IMG/VR virus record: IMGVR_UViG_3300036715_002143
Span: 1-60,042 of that record
Length of the DNA stretch: 60,042 bases
Strand: one strand, 5' to 3'
Source: a virus
Lineage: Duplodnaviria; Caudoviricetes
Shown: piece by piece, positions 26,407 to 34,904 of the stretch
Layout: every line of letters begins with the position of its first letter
Position numbering within the stretch: position 1 is the stretch's first letter
Notes under the pieces: model-generated
Told to the model about the DNA's origin: nothing
Seen by the model: only the letters and a program-made list of their open reading frames with translations
Database searches by the model: none
Made by a program: the position numbers and the translations under genes

Positions 26407-26981
26407 GACTGCACCGCCTTCGCGTCGTGCATGGCGGCCACCGACGTTGCGGCGATCGCGCACGAGACCAGCGCTTGATGGTAGGCGGCGCCGAGCGCCT
26501 CGGCCTCCTCGGTCGTGCGGCGCGACAGCGCGACCGCATCGACGTGCAGGTACGCCCGCGATGCCGCATCGAACTCGCGAGCCCGCTCCAGCATGCTCTG
26601 GACCTGGGCGAAGTTCACCCGCGCCAGGTCGACGCCGAAGTCGGCGGCGAGCCGCACGAGTGCGACGGCCGCGCGAACCCCGGGGGCGGTCAGCTCGAGT
26701 GCTCGCGCCTGCGCGCACTTCGGGCACCGGCCGTCGTCGTCGTAGTCGGCATTGAGCACGAGCGCGCCGCACTCGTCGCAGAGCGCGCGGGCCTCGCGGC
26801 AGCCGTTGCAGAGCATCCGGCCGCCCATCTCTTCGATGGTGATCAGGACGCGCAGGCCGGGGTAGTGGCGGTCCTGCGCGGTCTCGCCGCACTCCTCGCA
26901 CTCGGGCTCCGGCTCGACCTCGGGCTCGCGCTTGCCGTAGCACGCGTCGCAGTCCGTCGCGCCGCACATGCAGCGGCTCAC
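26403..26981 (-). CDS. Multi-Cys Zn-binding hypothetical protein
   Basis: CMC..DCDAC, CEEC, CNGC, CDEC, CPKC. Confidence 0.65.
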   Translation of the reverse strand: MSRCMCGATDCDACYGKREPEVEPEPECEECGETAQDRHYPGLRVLITIEEMGGRMLCNGCREARALCDECGALVLNADYDDDGRCPKCAQARALELTAPGVRAAVALVRLAADFGVDLARVNFAQVQSMLERAREFDAASRAYLHVDAVALSRRTTEEAEALGAAYHQALVSCAIAATSVAAMHDAKAVQS

Positions 26982-27154
26982 GACTGCACCCGCACGGCCT
27001 GCTCGGCCTCGAGGTCTGCGGCCTGCCGCTCGATGCGTTCCGCCGTCGCCAGCGCGTCGGCCTTGGCCCACGGGATCGTTTCCGCGCTCGCGAGACAGCG
27101 CCACGTGTGCGCCGCGCGGCGCAGCGTCTCGGGCGTCACGACCTGCGTGATCAC
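26978..27154 (-). CDS. Hypothetical protein
   Basis: GTGA-coupled. Confidence 0.5.
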   Translation of the reverse strand: MITQVVTPETLRRAAHTWRCLASAETIPWAKADALATAERIERQAADLEAEQAVRVQS

Positions 27155-27543
27155 GGCCGCACCTCGGCGCGCCGAAGCTCGCTCGTCCACCGCGCGAGGT
27201 CTCTCTGCCACTTCGCGTGCGCCTGGATCGCCCCGAACGCCGCGCGGAACGCCGCGAGCATCCCGGGCACGAGCAGCACGTCGGTGCGCGCCGCGAGCCA
27301 GCGCAGCTCCGTGGCGACGTCGGCGAGCTCGGACGTCGCGTCGAGCGAGAAGAGCGACGCTGCGTGCCGGGCGTGGCCGCTCGACCGGAGGCGGACGGCG
27401 ACCGCGTCCACGGCCTCGACGACGGGCGCCAGCGGGGCGCCGCAGCCGAGCGTGTCGGCGTAGGCGGCGACGACCGGCGACGAGGCGATGGCAGCGGGCA
27501 CCGCGTCGCAGCGGGCGCAGGTGGCGCGGAGGGCGGCGCTCAT
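27151..27543 (-). CDS. Hypothetical protein
   Basis: ATGA-coupled. Confidence 0.55.
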   Translation of the reverse strand: MSAALRATCARCDAVPAAIASSPVVAAYADTLGCGAPLAPVVEAVDAVAVRLRSSGHARHAASLFSLDATSELADVATELRWLAARTDVLLVPGMLAAFRAAFGAIQAHAKWQRDLARWTSELRRAEVRP

Positions 27544-27731
27544 GACGCCAGCTCCCGCGCCATCTCGTCCGCGTCGCACTCGTCGCACACGGTCACGAGG
27601 CGGCCGGCGCGGAACGTCGTGGCGAGCGCGCATCCGTGCAGCGGGCACTCGTCGGCGCCGTCGACGTCCGACGGCGAGAGCTGCGAGCGGCGGGTCACCG
27701 ACTCGGCGCGGGCGATGCGGTTCGTGGACAT
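27540..27731 (-). CDS. Small Zn-finger protein, first gene of leftward operon
   Basis: AAAGGA RBS; CPLH...CDEC. Confidence 0.6.
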   Translation of the reverse strand: MSTNRIARAESVTRRSQLSPSDVDGADECPLHGCALATTFRAGRLVTVCDECDADEMARELAS

Positions 27732-27771
27732 GGGGGCGAGTCCTTTCGTCGCCGGGCTTCCTCGCCTGCGA

Positions 27772-27822
27772 CGTGACTAGATATGCGCCTAGTCGTGCGA
27801 CCCGTCAAGCACGACTAGTCAC
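27772..27822 (-). promoter_or_regulatory. Leftward early promoter/operator region
   Basis: TTGACG on minus strand (27803-27808) among CTAG-cored inverted repeats (GACTAG-N8-CTAGTC; CTAGTCGTGC..GCACGACTAG). Confidence 0.65.
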
Positions 27823-27830
27823 AAATCGAC

Positions 27831-28541
27831 ATGCCCCGGAAAAACAACGTCCGCGGGGCACGTGACGGGCCTACGGCTCGTGGCGAGCCTTGGTTGGTGA
27901 CCATCAAGCTCGACGACGCCGAAGCCTTCGCGCAGCGAAACCTCCGCATCGCAGCCCTCGACGGGCACGACTCGCCGCCCTGGCGCATCGCGCTCGCGCG
28001 GCTTGGGGTGCGGTTCGCGACGTTCGGCGCGCGTTCGCCGATCTACGCGCGCTCAGGCGTCGGCACGCACGGCACCATCAACGGCGCGCCGGTCGTCTAC
28101 GTCTACGACGGCATGTGCGACCGGGACACAGCGCTCACTGCGTGGCACGAGCACGGCCACCACATGATCTTTGCCGAGGGTCTCGTGCTGACGTGCCACG
28201 CCGAGGCGTTCTGCACGCGGTATGCGGCGGCGATGCTGGCTCCCGCCGACTCGATGCGCCGCGCATGGCAGCAGACACGCGACCTGCTCGAGCTCCACGC
28301 GCTCCGGCCCGCGACGTCGGCGAGCGTTCTGCTGCTGCGGCTCGGCGATCTCGAGCTGGCGCCGGTCGCGCTCTACGACCGCAAGGGGCCGCGACGCGCG
28401 ATTCCTGCGCAAACGATGCCGCGCGGCGTGGGTTGCTTGGTCGACCTCGCGCGCCGCGGGGGATTCGCCGAGAACGAGAACGGTCGCGCGTGGCGCCTGC
28501 TCGACGACGCCGCTCGTGTCGGCGTTGTGCTCGCGGCGTAG
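27831..28541 (+). CDS. ImmA/IrrE-family metallopeptidase (anti-repressor protease); start may be GTG near 27897
   Basis: T.WHEHGH (HExxH) followed by E.FC..YAAAML.P; next to an XRE repressor. Confidence 0.8.
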   Translation: MPRKNNVRGARDGPTARGEPWLVTIKLDDAEAFAQRNLRIAALDGHDSPPWRIALARLGVRFATFGARSPIYARSGVGTHGTINGAPVVYVYDGMCDRDTALTAWHEHGHHMIFAEGLVLTCHAEAFCTRYAAAMLAPADSMRRAWQQTRDLLELHALRPATSASVLLLRLGDLELAPVALYDRKGPRRAIPAQTMPRGVGCLVDLARRGGFAENENGRAWRLLDDAARVGVVLAA

Positions 28542-28550
28542 AATCTCGCG

Positions 28551-29024
28551 ATGACGAATCAGCAGCCGCAGCCCGCCCCAGCGAAGCCGTCCATGCCGTG
28601 GTGGCAATACCCGATCGCCGTGATCGGCGGCCTTGCGATCGCTGGCGCGATCTACGCGTCCGTCGACAAGAAACGCCCCGAGACGGCGGCGGCGATGCCG
28701 GCCGAAGATCCGCGCGCGGGGGCCCCGATCCTGCCGCTGGTCGAGATCGTCGGCCTCGCGGACGCCGAGGACGAAGCGAAGTTCAACCGGACGTGGCGAG
28801 GCAAGTTCGTCGGCGTCGCCGGCACCGTGACCAGAGTGCTGCAGCAAAACGGCGGCTACGCGACGGTTACGATCGAAGACGGCGCGCGCGTCGAGGCGCG
28901 GTGCGTGATCGGGCCTCCGCGCAACTCCGGCGCCGCGGCCGAGGGGAAACGGGTCACGATCGTTGGTCGCGCCGATCAACTCTCGGCGGTCGCGCTCATG
29001 CTTCGGGACTGCGAGGTCCGCTAG
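28551..29024 (+). CDS. Membrane-anchored OB-fold protein (tRNA_anti-like)
   Basis: N-terminal TM; W.GK.V.V.GTV..V ... G.RVTI.G pattern. Confidence 0.6.
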   Translation: MTNQQPQPAPAKPSMPWWQYPIAVIGGLAIAGAIYASVDKKRPETAAAMPAEDPRAGAPILPLVEIVGLADAEDEAKFNRTWRGKFVGVAGTVTRVLQQNGGYATVTIEDGARVEARCVIGPPRNSGAAAEGKRVTIVGRADQLSAVALMLRDCEVR

Positions 29025-29548
29025 CGTTTCGGGGCGTCGGGGTCGACTGGGTCGGCGTGGACCGTTGTTGTGTCGAGCTGGACGTCGGGCTCTGGCAGTC
29101 GCCCGCGCTTGTCGTCCTCGATCACTGCGAGCAGCGCCTTCGTCTGCTCTTCCAGATCGAGCTTCGGGATCTTCCCGTGATGGGTGTAGCGATCCTCGTA
29201 GTGCTCGAAGGCGTATCGCGCGCGCGGTGACGCTCGCAGGTAGAGCGCGGTGCGGCGCACCTGTTCCTTGGGGTCAAGCGCCGGCTCGTCCTCGCTCGGC
29301 TCGACCACGCGCAGACGCACCTTGCCAGTCAGGCGCTCGGCCGTCGTTCCGTACGTCGTTGCGAGGATCGCGAGCGCGTCATCGGGCACCGGCGCGCCAC
29401 GCTCCCAGCGGCTGACGGTGATCACGTCGCGGTGCACGACTGCGCCGATCTCCTTCTGCGTCTTGCCGATGGCCTCGCGAGCGGCCTTCAACCGCGCGCC
29501 GCGCGCCTTATCGAGCCTCATGGTCGCCATGGCGTCGAGACTAGGCAT
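29021..29548 (-). CDS. XRE-family HTH repressor (CI/ImmR-like); start may be 29530
   Basis: RLKAAREAIGKTQKEIG....ITVSRWERG; divergent from the Cro-like gene; no S24 peptidase domain. Confidence 0.85.
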   Translation of the reverse strand: MPSLDAMATMRLDKARGARLKAAREAIGKTQKEIGAVVHRDVITVSRWERGAPVPDDALAILATTYGTTAERLTGKVRLRVVEPSEDEPALDPKEQVRRTALYLRASPRARYAFEHYEDRYTHHGKIPKLDLEEQTKALLAVIEDDKRGRLPEPDVQLDTTTVHADPVDPDAPKR

Positions 29549-29633
29549 CAGCTCACCCCGAGAAAAGAAGGCTCAACACGAGAGGTCTTGACTAGGCGTC
29601 GCGGCAAGCGCAACTTACTAGGCATGGCTAGTC
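29540..29633. promoter_or_regulatory. Genetic switch: rightward promoter and candidate operators
   Basis: ACTAGGC at 29540, 29591 and 29617; TTGACT-N17-CAACTT ending 7 nt before the cro ATG. Confidence 0.65.
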
Positions 29634-29866
29634 GAAAAGGACGCCGGTCGCACCGGAAGGTTGCGCCACCTCGGTGGAACGAGCTGGAGAAGGCCCGCGT
29701 CGGGGCGGGCATGACCCAGAAGGCGCTGGGTGAACTGCTTGGCGTAGACGCGCTCACCGTGTCGCGCTGGGAGCGCGGGACGACGACGCCCAACAAGTTC
29801 GTGCGACCGAAGCTCGACGCCTGCTTCCCTGGGCTCGTGTCGCCGCGCGAAGCGAAGGCGGCATGA
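29624..29866 (+). CDS. Cro-like XRE HTH regulator
   Basis: LEKARVGAGMTQKALGELLGVDALTVSRWERG. Confidence 0.85.
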   Translation: MASRKGRRSHRKVAPPRWNELEKARVGAGMTQKALGELLGVDALTVSRWERGTTTPNKFVRPKLDACFPGLVSPREAKAA

Positions 29867-29869
29867 TCT

Positions 29870-30283
29870 GTGGCCAACACGAACAAGCGCCACACGCCTG
29901 GCCACGTGTACTTCGCGATCTCCGACTGCGAGACGCTGGTCAAGATCGGCTTCTCGACCGACCCAGCGACGCGCGTCGAGCGTGTGTGGAGCGACCGGCC
30001 GCACAAGTCCACCGCCCGCGGGCCACTCTCGCTCGTCGCCACGCGCCCAGGCGTGCTCGCTGACGAGGCGCGCGTGCACGGCTTCCTTCGTGGGAACCAA
30101 GCGCCCGACGGCGGCTACCTCCGCGGCGTCTGCCGCGAGTGGTACCGCGCCACGTTGCCGGTGCTCGCGCTCATTCACCGGCTCAAGACAAATCCGAACG
30201 AGTCGCTCGACGACGCGATGGTCGCTGTCGAGGCCTTCGAGCGCGGCGACGCGTTCGTCACCACGAGCCATGCCGCCGAGTAG
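29870..30283 (+). CDS. GIY-YIG / T5orf172-like domain protein
   Basis: VYF.......VKIGFS.DP..R, E..VH, EWY. Confidence 0.75.
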   Translation: MANTNKRHTPGHVYFAISDCETLVKIGFSTDPATRVERVWSDRPHKSTARGPLSLVATRPGVLADEARVHGFLRGNQAPDGGYLRGVCREWYRATLPVLALIHRLKTNPNESLDDAMVAVEAFERGDAFVTTSHAAE

Positions 30284-30287
30284 CCCC

Positions 30288-30530
30288 ATGCCCATCGCCC
30301 CTCCCGCTCCCCGCTGGCTCGCGTACGTCCTCGGCGCTGTCGCCTTCGCGGCCGATGCGCTGCACGCCGTCGCGGCTCGCTTCGCGGCGTCCAAGACCGT
30401 CGACGCCATCGCCCTCGACCACGTCGAGCGCTGCCGACCGGACGTCGTCGGCGAAGACCCGCCCGCCTGGATCGCTGCCGCTCGTGACCTGACGACGCCG
30501 CCGATGAACGCGCGCGGCGGGGAGGCCTGA
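30288..30530 (+). CDS. Hypothetical protein
   Basis: Fits operon spacing; hydrophobic N-terminus. Confidence 0.5.
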   Translation: MPIAPPAPRWLAYVLGAVAFAADALHAVAARFAASKTVDAIALDHVERCRPDVVGEDPPAWIAAARDLTTPPMNARGGEA

Positions 30531-30533
30531 CCC

Positions 30534-30767
30534 ATGCCCCGCCACTCCACCGCCTGCACTCCCCAGCTGCGCCCCCGCATCACGTCCGCGCAGCTCCGCG
30601 AGGCCCCCGCGCCCGCGTCGCTCACCGTCGGCGACCGCGTGTACCTCGTCGGCGAGCCGGCCTGCGTCGGCACCGTGCGCGAGGTCCGCGTCGGCGAGGC
30701 CGTCGTCGATTTCTCGCTCGGTCGTGCGCAGCCGCCAATCTTCATGCTCCGCCGCGTGGAGGGCTGA
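30534..30767 (+). CDS. Hypothetical protein (SH3-like)
   Basis: L.VGDRV......GTV..V pattern; GGAGG RBS. Confidence 0.5.
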   Translation: MPRHSTACTPQLRPRITSAQLREAPAPASLTVGDRVYLVGEPACVGTVREVRVGEAVVDFSLGRAQPPIFMLRRVEG

Positions 30768-30769
30768 CC

Positions 30770-31198
30770 GTGGCCATCTACGAAATCGTCAATCCGAGCG
30801 ACGCGTACACGATTGATCACGCCGACGAGAACGTCGCGTGCGCTGCGGCGCTGCTGCTCGGCGAGGGGCACTACGCGCTCACCCGCGAGGATGGCGAGCG
30901 TACGCTCCCGCTCTTCATCTTCGGCGGCGCCGACGCGTGGCTCGAAGCGCGCGGCATGATGCCCTTCGGCGCTTGGATCGACGCGCATCTCGTCGCCATC
31001 GCCGACGCGCTCGACTCGGTAACGATCGGCGACTTCGAGGAGCGGCGAAAGCTCGCGGCCAAGCTCGCCACGTTCGAGCCTGCCGAGCGCGACGGCATCC
31101 GCGCGGCGCACCACGATCGGAAGCGGTCGAGCATGAACAACATCGGCGCGCGGGCACGGCGGGACGCCAAGGTCCTGCGCGAGAGGGCAGGCGCCTGA
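30770..31198 (+). CDS. Hypothetical protein
   Basis: GGAGG RBS; protein-like composition. Confidence 0.65.
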   Translation: MAIYEIVNPSDAYTIDHADENVACAAALLLGEGHYALTREDGERTLPLFIFGGADAWLEARGMMPFGAWIDAHLVAIADALDSVTIGDFEERRKLAAKLATFEPAERDGIRAAHHDRKRSSMNNIGARARRDAKVLRERAGA

Positions 31199-31288
31199 AA
31201 TGTTCGCCACCGACGACGAGCTCATCGTGTTCAAGCGCATCGACGGCTCGCCCATGAGCGACGCTGAGTCATGCGGAAGGGCGGCCTG

Positions 31289-31627
31289 ATGACCAAGCGC
31301 AACTTCAACCCGTGGCGCTCGGACACCGCCAACACGCACAAGCCGCACTACGCGCGGGCGCTCGTGAATCGCCCCAACCCGACCACATACTCGGTGCTCG
31401 GCAAGGGGACGACGACGAAGAAGCAGGGCGTCGTGCTCTGCTCGGTCACCGACGGCGGCCGCGCCTTCGATCTCGCCAACTCGATGCCCGAGGCGCGCGG
31501 CTACGGCGCCGGGGACGATGGGGACGACCGCGTCTTCTACGTTCTCGGCGCGCAGGTGGAAGAGGCGGCCGAGGACGCTGTGACGATCAAAGTTGCCCCC
31601 GCGCCGCATCAACGGCCGGGGGCGTGA
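31289..31627 (+). CDS. Hypothetical protein
   Basis: Protein-like composition; coupled to the helicase gene. Confidence 0.55.
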   Translation: MTKRNFNPWRSDTANTHKPHYARALVNRPNPTTYSVLGKGTTTKKQGVVLCSVTDGGRAFDLANSMPEARGYGAGDDGDDRVFYVLGAQVEEAAEDAVTIKVAPAPHQRPGA

Positions 31628-31647
31628 CCAACGAAAGGTATTCGCCA

Positions 31648-33030
31648 GTGGCTCGAGAATATCACGACTTCGTCGCAAGCAAGTCTCAGGTCGAGGCCAG
31701 CGGAGGGATCACCCCTGTGTGGATGCCCGACTTCCTATTCGACTTCCAACGATCGCTCGTCGAGTGGTCGCTACGAAAGGGTCGCGCCGCACTATTCGAG
31801 GACTGCGGGCTCGGCAAAACTCCGCAGCAACTCGTGTGGGCTGAGAACGTCGTGCGCAAAACGAACCGGCCGGTGCTCGTCTTGACTCCGCTCGCCGTCA
31901 CGTCGCAGACGATCCGCGAGGGCGAGAAGTTCGGGATCGATGCGCGCCGCGCGCCGACAGGGCTCGTTCACAACGGCATCAACGTCGTCAACTACGAGCG
32001 GCTGCACCACTTCAACGCGTCGGACTTCGCAGGCGTCGTGCTCGACGAGTCGTCGATCCTCAAGAGCTTCGAGGGTACGACGCGCGCGGCGATCACGGAT
32101 TTTATGCGGACGACTCCGTATCGCTTGCTCTGCACAGCGACGGCCGCGCCGAACGACTACTACGAGCTCGGCACATCGAGCGAGGCGCTCGGCCATCTCG
32201 GCTTTATGGATATGCTGGCGCGATTCTTCAAGAACGCGCGCAACAACGCGTCACTCGGCCGAGCGTGGGCGACATCGGGCGGCGGTCAGCCGCAATGGAT
32301 GTTTCGCGGCCATGCCGAGCGACCGTTCTGGCGATGGGTTACGTCGTGGGCGCGCTCGATTCGACGCCCTTCCGACCTCGGTTTCAGCGATGACCGGTTC
32401 ACGCTCCCTCCGATGCAAGAGCGTGAACACGTGGTGCGCGCGCAGAAGGCTCGTGGAGGATTCCTGTTTAGCGTGCCAGCCATCGGGCTACAGGAAGAGC
32501 GGGAGGAGCGGCGCCGCACCATTCGCGAGCGGTGCGAGATGGTCGCCTCACTCGTCGAACACGATGCGTCGGCCGTGGCGTGGTGCCATCTGAACGACGA
32601 GGGCGACCTGCTCGCGAAACTCATCCCGGGCGCGGTGCAGGTGAGCGGGCGCGACTCCGACGACGAGAAGGAAGAGAAGTTCGCTGCGTTCACGTCGGGG
32701 CAAATCCGGGTGCTCGTGACGAAACCTGTTATCGGCGCGTGGGGACTCAACTGGCAGCACTGCGCGCATATGACCGCGTTCTCCGGGCACAGCTTCGAGC
32801 AGTACTACCAATCGATCCGCCGCTTCTGGCGCTTCGGTCAGACGCGTTCAGTTATCGTCGATCACGTGTTGAGCGACGGCGAAGGGCGCGTACTCGCAAA
32901 CCTGCGACGCAAGGCCGCGCAGTCCGAGAAGATGTTTGCTGAGCTCACACAACACGTCCAAGACGAGCTGCAAATCACGCGCGCCGTCGCCGACTACACG
33001 AAGAAAGAGACGGTGCCGTCATGGCTGTAG
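31648..33030 (+). CDS. SNF2-related SF2 helicase
   Basis: LFDFQ, GLGKT, DESS, TAT, GLNWQ, YQ.IRR.WRFGQ. Confidence 0.9.
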   Translation: MAREYHDFVASKSQVEASGGITPVWMPDFLFDFQRSLVEWSLRKGRAALFEDCGLGKTPQQLVWAENVVRKTNRPVLVLTPLAVTSQTIREGEKFGIDARRAPTGLVHNGINVVNYERLHHFNASDFAGVVLDESSILKSFEGTTRAAITDFMRTTPYRLLCTATAAPNDYYELGTSSEALGHLGFMDMLARFFKNARNNASLGRAWATSGGGQPQWMFRGHAERPFWRWVTSWARSIRRPSDLGFSDDRFTLPPMQEREHVVRAQKARGGFLFSVPAIGLQEEREERRRTIRERCEMVASLVEHDASAVAWCHLNDEGDLLAKLIPGAVQVSGRDSDDEKEEKFAAFTSGQIRVLVTKPVIGAWGLNWQHCAHMTAFSGHSFEQYYQSIRRFWRFGQTRSVIVDHVLSDGEGRVLANLRRKAAQSEKMFAELTQHVQDELQITRAVADYTKKETVPSWL

Positions 33031-34046
33031 CCGACCAAGTGCTGACCGATAAGTACGCCATATACAATGGCGATTGCGTCGACGTGCTCGCGCAGATGCC
33101 GAAGCAGAGCGTGCACCTGAGCATCTACTCGCCGCCGTTCGCGGGCCTCTATCACTACTCGTCGAACGAGCGCGACATGAGCAACTGCCGCTCGTATGAC
33201 GAGTTCATGGAGCACTACGCGTTCGTGGTGCGCGAACTCGCGCGGCTCACGCACCCCGGGCGCATCACGGCCGTGCACTGCACTGATGTGCCGAGCGGAA
33301 ACACGGGCCGCGACCACATGCGCGACTTCCCAGGCGACATCATCCGCTTGCACGAGACGATGGGATGGAAGTACTGCGCGCGCTACGCGGTGTGGAAAGA
33401 CCCGTTCGTCGTCTACCTGCGCACGCTCCAGAAGTCGCTCCGCCATCGAACGTGCGTCGATGACTCGTCTAGGTGCTCGGTCGCGGCGGCCGACTACATG
33501 CTCATGTTCCGGCGCGAAGGCGAGAACCGAGAGCCCATCGCACACCCGGTCGGGCTCACCCACTACGCGGGATCGCGCGAGCCTCCGGCCAACGTAATGA
33601 AGGACCGCGGGCACACCGGCAAGCAGACCGAGAACCGATACTCGCAATGGGTCTGGCGCCAGTACGCCTCGGCGTTCTGGGATGACGTGAGACTCGATCG
33701 CGTGCTGCCGTTTCGCGAGTCGAAGGACCCGGACGACGAGAAACATGTGCACCCGCTGCAACTCGACGTTATCGATCGCGCCGTGACGCTGTGGAGTAAC
33801 CCGGGTGACGTCGTGCTCACCCCGTTTATGGGCGTCGGTAGCGAGGTGTACGGCGCCGTGCAACTCGGTCGCAAGGGTGTCGGCGTCGAGCTGAAGCCGT
33901 CGTACTTCAAGCAAGCGCGGATGAACCTCGAAGCTGCCGCGTCGGGCGTCGAATCGGTCGCGAGGCAGGCTGAGATGTTCGCCACGGCGAAGCCTGACGA
34001 ATGGAGCGAGGGCGAAAGCGAGGACTCCGCTGGTGGTGATGAATGA
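33021..34046 (+). CDS. N4/N6 DNA methyltransferase (beta class)
   Basis: SPPF motif IV N-terminal; H..P, PFMG.GS motif I and G.ELK C-terminal. Confidence 0.9.
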   Translation: MAVADQVLTDKYAIYNGDCVDVLAQMPKQSVHLSIYSPPFAGLYHYSSNERDMSNCRSYDEFMEHYAFVVRELARLTHPGRITAVHCTDVPSGNTGRDHMRDFPGDIIRLHETMGWKYCARYAVWKDPFVVYLRTLQKSLRHRTCVDDSSRCSVAAADYMLMFRREGENREPIAHPVGLTHYAGSREPPANVMKDRGHTGKQTENRYSQWVWRQYASAFWDDVRLDRVLPFRESKDPDDEKHVHPLQLDVIDRAVTLWSNPGDVVLTPFMGVGSEVYGAVQLGRKGVGVELKPSYFKQARMNLEAAASGVESVARQAEMFATAKPDEWSEGESEDSAGGDE

Positions 34047-34118
34047 GCGCCCGCCCCCGCATCCACGCAGCCGTGGCCCGCACCCGCGCCGCGGGGGCTG
34101 CAGCTCGCGAAGGTCCAC

Positions 34119-34403
34119 GTGCGCGATATCGAAGCGCTGCTCGTCGATCTCGAGCGGGCCGAGATGCGGCTGGCGTGTTGGGCGCTGTCGGATGCGTTCG
34201 GGGCGCTCGACCTGCACGGCGACGGAGACGGCACGTACTACGCGCAGCCGTGCGCGTGCGGGCACGCGTGCGACGATCACGTGGTCTGCGTCGGGCGGTG
34301 CGACTCGTGCGCGTGCCGCGCGTTCGTCGCGCGCACGTCCCCCAGCGATTCCGATTCCGGCGCCGCGGTGGCGTCGCTCAACACGACTACGGAGGCAACG
34401 TGA
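34119..34403 (+). CDS. Cys/His-rich hypothetical protein
   Basis: CACGH..DH....C..C.C motif; GAAGG upstream. Confidence 0.55.
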   Translation: MRDIEALLVDLERAEMRLACWALSDAFGALDLHGDGDGTYYAQPCACGHACDDHVVCVGRCDSCACRAFVARTSPSDSDSGAAVASLNTTTEAT

Positions 34404-34579
34404 GCAACATCGACGACGGCCCGATCCACGGACGGGTGGGCGATGCGACGACGCGTGAGATCGAGGCTCACGTCGCGCACGTCGCCGACCGCGGCACCGT
34501 CATCGGGCTCCGCGCGTCGCTCCGCGCGATGAAGGCCGAGCGGGCGATCGAGGCCGTCACGGCGGGAGGCGCGTCGTGA
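34400..34579 (+). CDS. Hypothetical protein
   Basis: GGAGG RBS, GTGA coupling. Confidence 0.55.
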   Translation: MSNIDDGPIHGRVGDATTREIEAHVAHVADRGTVIGLRASLRAMKAERAIEAVTAGGAS

Positions 34580-34776
34580 CGCGCATCGTCCCGCTCGACG
34601 ACGACGCGCTCTTCGCGCTGGCACGCATCGCCGAGCACAGGCGCCGCCTCATCTCCTCGGACGCCGAGGCGCGCGCCGTCTACGCCGAGGTGAGGTCGTA
34701 CGCCGTCGAAGTCGTCAACGCGATCTTCCGCGTCGCGCCCGAGCTCGCCGAAGGCATCGGCCCGGTGACGCCGTGA
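34576..34776 (+). CDS. Hypothetical protein
   Basis: GGAGG RBS, GTGA coupling. Confidence 0.55.
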   Translation: MTRIVPLDDDALFALARIAEHRRRLISSDAEARAVYAEVRSYAVEVVNAIFRVAPELAEGIGPVTP

Positions 34777-34904
34777 TCCGCCTCGGCACCGCCATCGCGT
34801 CCGCGGCGTTCATCGTCGACGCGTCCGAACCGCTGTCCTGCGTCGTGGGCTTCGCGCTCGCGATCGTCTGCTTGTGGGCGCTCGCGCCCGAGGGGTCCCT
34901 CTGA
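34773..34904 (+). CDS. 43-aa hydrophobic membrane peptide
   Basis: Coupled at both ends; two short hydrophobic stretches. Confidence 0.5.
   Translation: MIRLGTAIASAAFIVDASEPLSCVVGFALAIVCLWALAPEGSL

Noticed and set aside
34043-34118. Frameshifted 5' extension of the 34119 gene (coupled ATG at 34043)
   Set aside because: A plausible RBS and GTG exist at 34119 and no slippery site was identified, so a frameshift cannot be supported.
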